The notes under the pieces were generated by a model. It did not search any database. It was not told the DNA's origin and worked only from the letters and a program-made list of their open reading frames with translations. Of a stretch of DNA of 64,000 bases, positions 59,861 through 64,000 are shown one piece after another. Origin of the DNA: an uncultured cyanobacterium. GTDB taxonomy: Bacteria > Cyanobacteriota > Cyanobacteriia > Cyanobacteriales > CAWCAG01. Each line of letters begins with the position of its first letter. Position 1 is the stretch's first letter. The DNA lies in the NCBI GenBank assembly GCA_963803805.1, contig CAWDOD010000003.1:224001-288000 (forward strand). The letters are read 5' to 3'. A program made the position numbers and the translations under genes.

Positions 59861-62675
59861 TTATAGTCCATTACCAATGAGAATAAACGGGGCCCAGTAG
59901 TAAGGATGACTCAAGCGATTAAACACTTCTGGCTCCAAACCTTCGCGAATTTTTACGGCCACAACTGGGCCGGTGCTCTGACCCTAAAGCTGTATAATCT
60001 CCAGTAATTAAGGCGAGTTGGGCTTGTCGCAAAGCTTCAGCTTTAGTAATGTCATTCCCTTGCAGTGCTACGTAGAAAGCATTCATCAGTGCTTGAGTAC
60101 CGCCATCATTCACTTGCCAAAGAGAGGCGATCGCAGCCTTAGCTTTAGTATTTTGCATCTGATAGCCCAAGCCCAGGATTTCTTTACCATCCCCCAATAT
60201 ATCTCCTAACCCCGTTTCACAGGCAGAAAGAACAATTAAATCTACATCGGGCAAATTCCAGTTTTTAATGTCTCTCAGGGTGGCGTGAGTACCGTCTCCG
60301 AAGACGATAAAAGATTCTTCAGGTTCACCAACAACAAAAGCAGCATGGGTTGCTAGATGAACAACGGAGTAGCTATTCATGTCGGAAATCGTTTCTTTGT
60401 TGAATTGGTCATCAAGTAGTTTGATAGTTTCAGGAATTAGTTCGGCGAGATTTTCTACCTCAACGCCAGCATAGGGTAAACCCCTAAAGGTATGTTCTTC
60501 CCCCCCTGCTTTGACAGTATGTTGACCTTTAGTAAAAGCAGCAGCAAAGATTTCCAAGTCTGCTTGGGGTTGAGTATTAATTTCAGTAAGACTCAAAGCA
60601 GTGATATTATTGACCCGAAAGTTCTCCGTTAACCACTGCTTACCATCATAGAGTGCTGCTAAGGGAATGTAGCGCAATTGCCCATCGGGGGCATAAAGAA
60701 TAGTTTTCGCCCCTGCTGTAGCTAGGTGTTCTTCTAAAGGTTTAATCAGCCAGTTGTAGAGTTTTCGGGCCGAAACTTTAGGGTTATTGTAAGGAGTTTG
60801 CAAAACTTTGCGGAATTGCAAGATTGCTTGGTTTAGCTCTTCCCGTTTAACCTCAACAGATTTGTGAATAGGAGGCGAATCAGCCGTTATGAGAACTAAC
60901 TCTAAGCGGTTGTCAAGAACAAGGGGATAGATAATTACCGCATCCTGTTGTAGTTGCTCAAGATTGTCTTGTAAGGTTTGGGCGTATTGTTCTAAATCAA
61001 AATCTTCTCCCTCTGTCTTTCGCCGCAATTGGACTATCTGTTTTTGTACTTCTGGACTGTTTAGAAAAGCTTGAAACTCCTTAATAATCTCTTCTTGCAG
61101 TTTCCTTATTTCCCTGATACGCTGTTTTTGAGCATCAGTTCTAATAGAATTTGGTTTAATGCTGTCTAGCTTACTGAGTTCTTTACCCAGTGCAATAGCT
61201 TGATCAAGCTTTTCTTCCGTGCCTTGCCAAATCATCTTCTCACTGGAACGTTCAACTACCCCTTGGGCAGTCTCTTCACTGCCACGTACATTGTAGAGAT
61301 AATCATCAAGTTCTTGGACTTTGAGGAGGTCAAGGACTTGTTGCGCTTCGAGGATGCGGTCTTGTTGCAACAAGAGGTCAGCAAGACGACGATAATCATC
61401 AGCTACAGTGTTTGTGTAGGATTGTCGTTGGGCTTGGGATAGTTTTTGGTTGTCTTTCCTAATTGCTTCTCTAACATTGACAGACTGTTTGTAGAAGACG
61501 ATCGCTAGTTCAGGTTGTTTTTGTTCTTCTAAAAGCAAGGCGATGTTGCTGAGGGTGATTCCTTCTTCAGAACGTTCTCCAAGTTCTTGGGAGATTGCTA
61601 AAGATTGTTGGTAAAACTCAATAGCTTTTTGGTATTCCCCCAGGGAACGATAAACTTCCCCCAAATTGTTAAAAGAACTAGCAATTCCGGAGCGATCGCC
61701 TATATCTTTTTTAATTACCAAAGACTGTTGATGAAATTTCTTTGCTTGCTGATATTCCTTTTGTAAATAGTAAACTTCCCCCAAATTATTCAAAGTCTTA
61801 GCAACTTCTGCTGGTTCATTTATCTTCTGAGAAATGGCTAAAGATTGTTGATAAAATTCTCTAGCTTTCTGATATTGACCTAGAGATTTGTAAGCAATGC
61901 CGAGATTGTTGAGAGAACTAGCAACACCAGAATGATCTTGCTTTTCTTTAAATATTTGAAGAGACTGTTGATAAAGCTCTATCCCTTGTTGATATTGACC
62001 GAGAAGAGAGTGGAGTTCCCCCAAATTATTTAAAGACTTAGCGGTCTGAGTATAATCATCTATTGCTTCAAAAATTGCTAAAGATTGCTGGTAAAACTCA
62101 ATAGCTTTATAGTATTGTCCCAGAGATTTGTAAGCAATACCCAGGTTATTAAAAGAACTAGCAACTCCTAACTGATTGTCTGTTTTCTGAAAGACTGCTA
62201 AAGACTGTTGATAAATTCCTATAGCCTTCTGGTATTCACTTTGAAGGGAGTAAAGTCCCCCCAGATTATGGAGAATATAAGTCTGTTCAGTAGTATCATT
62301 TGTTTCTTGAGAGATCCCTAAAGACTCCTCAAAAGATGCGATCGCTTTTTGGTATTCCCCCAAAGATGCGTAACCAATGCCCAAGTTATTCAAAGACTTA
62401 ATAATCCCTACCGAATCATCTATTTGTCGATAAATAGCTAAAGACTTTTGCCAAGACTCTATGGCTGCTTGAAATTGACTGGTTTTATACTCTTCTATTC
62501 CTCGTTCTCGTAGTAAATCAGCTTCCTGTTTCTGTTGGTTGGAAGTTTGAGCGATCGCCCTTGGGCTTAACTTCGTTATCGCGGGCAACAAAGATACAGG
62601 CAAATAATTTGCGGTGACTACACCAGTAGCTGCCAATATGGTTAGGATGCCGAGGAGTTTCCTTCGTAGGTGCAT
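59861..62675 (-). CDS. Secreted TPR-CHAT domain protein with an apparent frameshift near the 3' end
   Basis: Signal peptide, TPRs, HLATHA and LSACETG; conserved HPYYWAPFILIGNGL* lies in another frame ending at 59861. Confidence 0.85.
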
Positions 62676-62745
62676 GATTTACTCTGTATAGTAGTCTTAT
62701 ATATCAATAATTATCCCGATGAGCAAATAATTTCCGCAAAATCGT

Positions 62746-62820
62746 TCGGGTATTTTGAAGATCGTAGTAGAGATTCATATCCGTAGCGGAGTAAATTTCA
62801 TCTTCATTCCAAGTTGAAAA
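62746..62820 (-). pseudogene. Possible fragment of a Uma2-family endonuclease gene
   Basis: Reads STWNEDEIYSATDMNLYYDLQNTR, resembling the A.D.NLYYD motif of cyanobacterial Uma2 proteins. Confidence 0.35.
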
Positions 62821-62892
62821 AAATGAAAGGTGTTCAATTACTTATGTTGATTTGCGATCGCACTCATATATTCAACCTCAAAAAACCATATC

Positions 62893-62958
62893 GTAGGGGC
62901 GACCCCTCATGTGAGTTATTAATCAGTATCTTGGTTCATCTTAACGGGTTGCCCCTAT
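62893..62958. repeat. GTAG-type REP-like palindrome
   Basis: GTAGGGGCGACCC ... GGGTTGCCCCTAT. Confidence 0.7.
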
Positions 62959-63071
62959 AGCGGGAATGGCGATCGCAACTTTGCTAAATTTTGTAAATAA
63001 TTATCTCGACGAGGGGATAATTGAGACAAATACGTTTATAAATAGTAATTCCAGTAGCACAACATCTCAAA

Positions 63072-63132
63072 GTAGGGTGGGCAAATATCACCATTTTTTT
63101 GATTCAACTCTCCTAAAACATTTGCCCACCGT
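63072..63132. repeat. GTAG-type REP-like palindrome (GTAGGGTGGGCA subtype)
   Basis: GTAGGGTGGGCAAAT ... ATTTGCCCACC; related left arm at 55589. Confidence 0.7.
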
Positions 63133-63346
63133 CAGTCACAACTTCCCCAATTAATTATCCGTTGTCCAAGACGGTATTAATTGAGGTGCGTGGGCGGAAG
63201 CCGACGTAGGCATCCCTTAATCATCAAGAGATATTAAAATCAGCAGAAATTTTCTCAAGATAACGAGAAATTTTACTGCTAGTTCCATCATGACCTAAAT
63301 ATTCTACCAACTAAGTATACTTGTTAACTAATCTTTCTCAATAGCT

Positions 63347-64000
63347 ATGAAACGTGCATCTCAAACATTCTGGTTAGCTTTAGGCTTAACCAGTACCATC
63401 TTCCCTTTCCCTATCAACGCCCAAATAACCCCTGACAATACCCTGGGCGGGGAAAGTTCTGTTGTTACCCCCGTGAATCCTCAACTTCAACGCCTCGATG
63501 GTGGGGCTTTACGGGGAATAAACCTCTTTCATAGTTTCTTAGAATTTAACATCTCAGAAGGTCACAGCGCTTACTTTGCTAACCCGGCGATAGTAGAGAA
63601 TATTTTTAGTCGCGTAACAGGGAATAATCCTTCCCATTTATTCGGCACATTAGGAGTATTAGGAGATGCCAACTTATTCTTCCTCAACCCTAACGGCATA
63701 GTCTTTGGCCCTAATGCCAAATTGGATTTAGAAGGTGCATTTGTCGCTAGCACCGCTGAGGGTTTCATCTTTCCTGGGGGGGACGTTTTCAGTGCCACCA
63801 ATCCCAATGCAGCCCCATTATTAACTGTGAGTGCTATTGCTCCAGTTGGTTTGCAGTTTGAAGGAAGTGGGGGCGCAATTATTAACGCAGGTAACTTAGC
63901 AGTTGAGCCAGGGCAGGGTTTAAGTTTAGTAGGAGGGACAGTAGTTAACCAAGGGAACTTGGTAGCACCGGGAGGAAAAGTCAGTTTGGTAGCAATGCCG
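63347..64000 (+). CDS. Filamentous hemagglutinin N-terminal (TPS) domain protein, truncated by window end
   Basis: Signal peptide, AQITPDNTLG, GG..RG.NLFHSF.EFN, NIFSRVTG, ANLFFLNPNGIVFG.NA. Confidence 0.92.
   Translation, partial: MKRASQTFWLALGLTSTIFPFPINAQITPDNTLGGESSVVTPVNPQLQRLDGGALRGINLFHSFLEFNISEGHSAYFANPAIVENIFSRVTGNNPSHLFGTLGVLGDANLFFLNPNGIVFGPNAKLDLEGAFVASTAEGFIFPGGDVFSATNPNAAPLLTVSAIAPVGLQFEGSGGAIINAGNLAVEPGQGLSLVGGTVVNQGNLVAPGGKVSLVAMP

Noticed and set aside
59919-62675. TPR-CHAT as a CRISPR-associated (Craspase-type) protease
   Set aside because: Has a signal peptide, no Cas7-11 nearby, and matches the common cyanobacterial secreted CHAT type.

Overview
AT-rich cyanobacterial chromosomal segment (frequent HIP1 GCGATCGC, heptamer STRR repeats, psbU, ebsA, csaB). 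Most of it is housekeeping: queE, mog, cysS, trmB, an EF-G paralog, a pyrF-pyrE fusion, pepP, trpG, dgkA, ybeY, nadB, ruvC, yvcK, nadC. The most interesting accessory region is about 31.3-36.4 kb. It holds a FOXRED2-like two-Rossmann-fold flavoprotein and two tandem heme-oxygenase-like diiron enzymes resembling the aetokthonotoxin nitrile synthase AetD. Upstream of these is a sigma70-like promoter with a 10-nt homopolymer in its spacer. Next to it, the 5' remnant of a NACHT-type gene is fused to an orphan type I-D-like CRISPR mini-array whose first spacer is split by an IS5-family element. Also present: an HTH-NB-ARC-WD40 gene divergent from a small ORF/response regulator/ebsA unit, an 8 x 53-bp tandem array built from a GTAG REP-like element, MITE-like dispersed repeats and a frameshifted TPR-CHAT gene. 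All family assignments come from motif recognition by eye; no searches were run.
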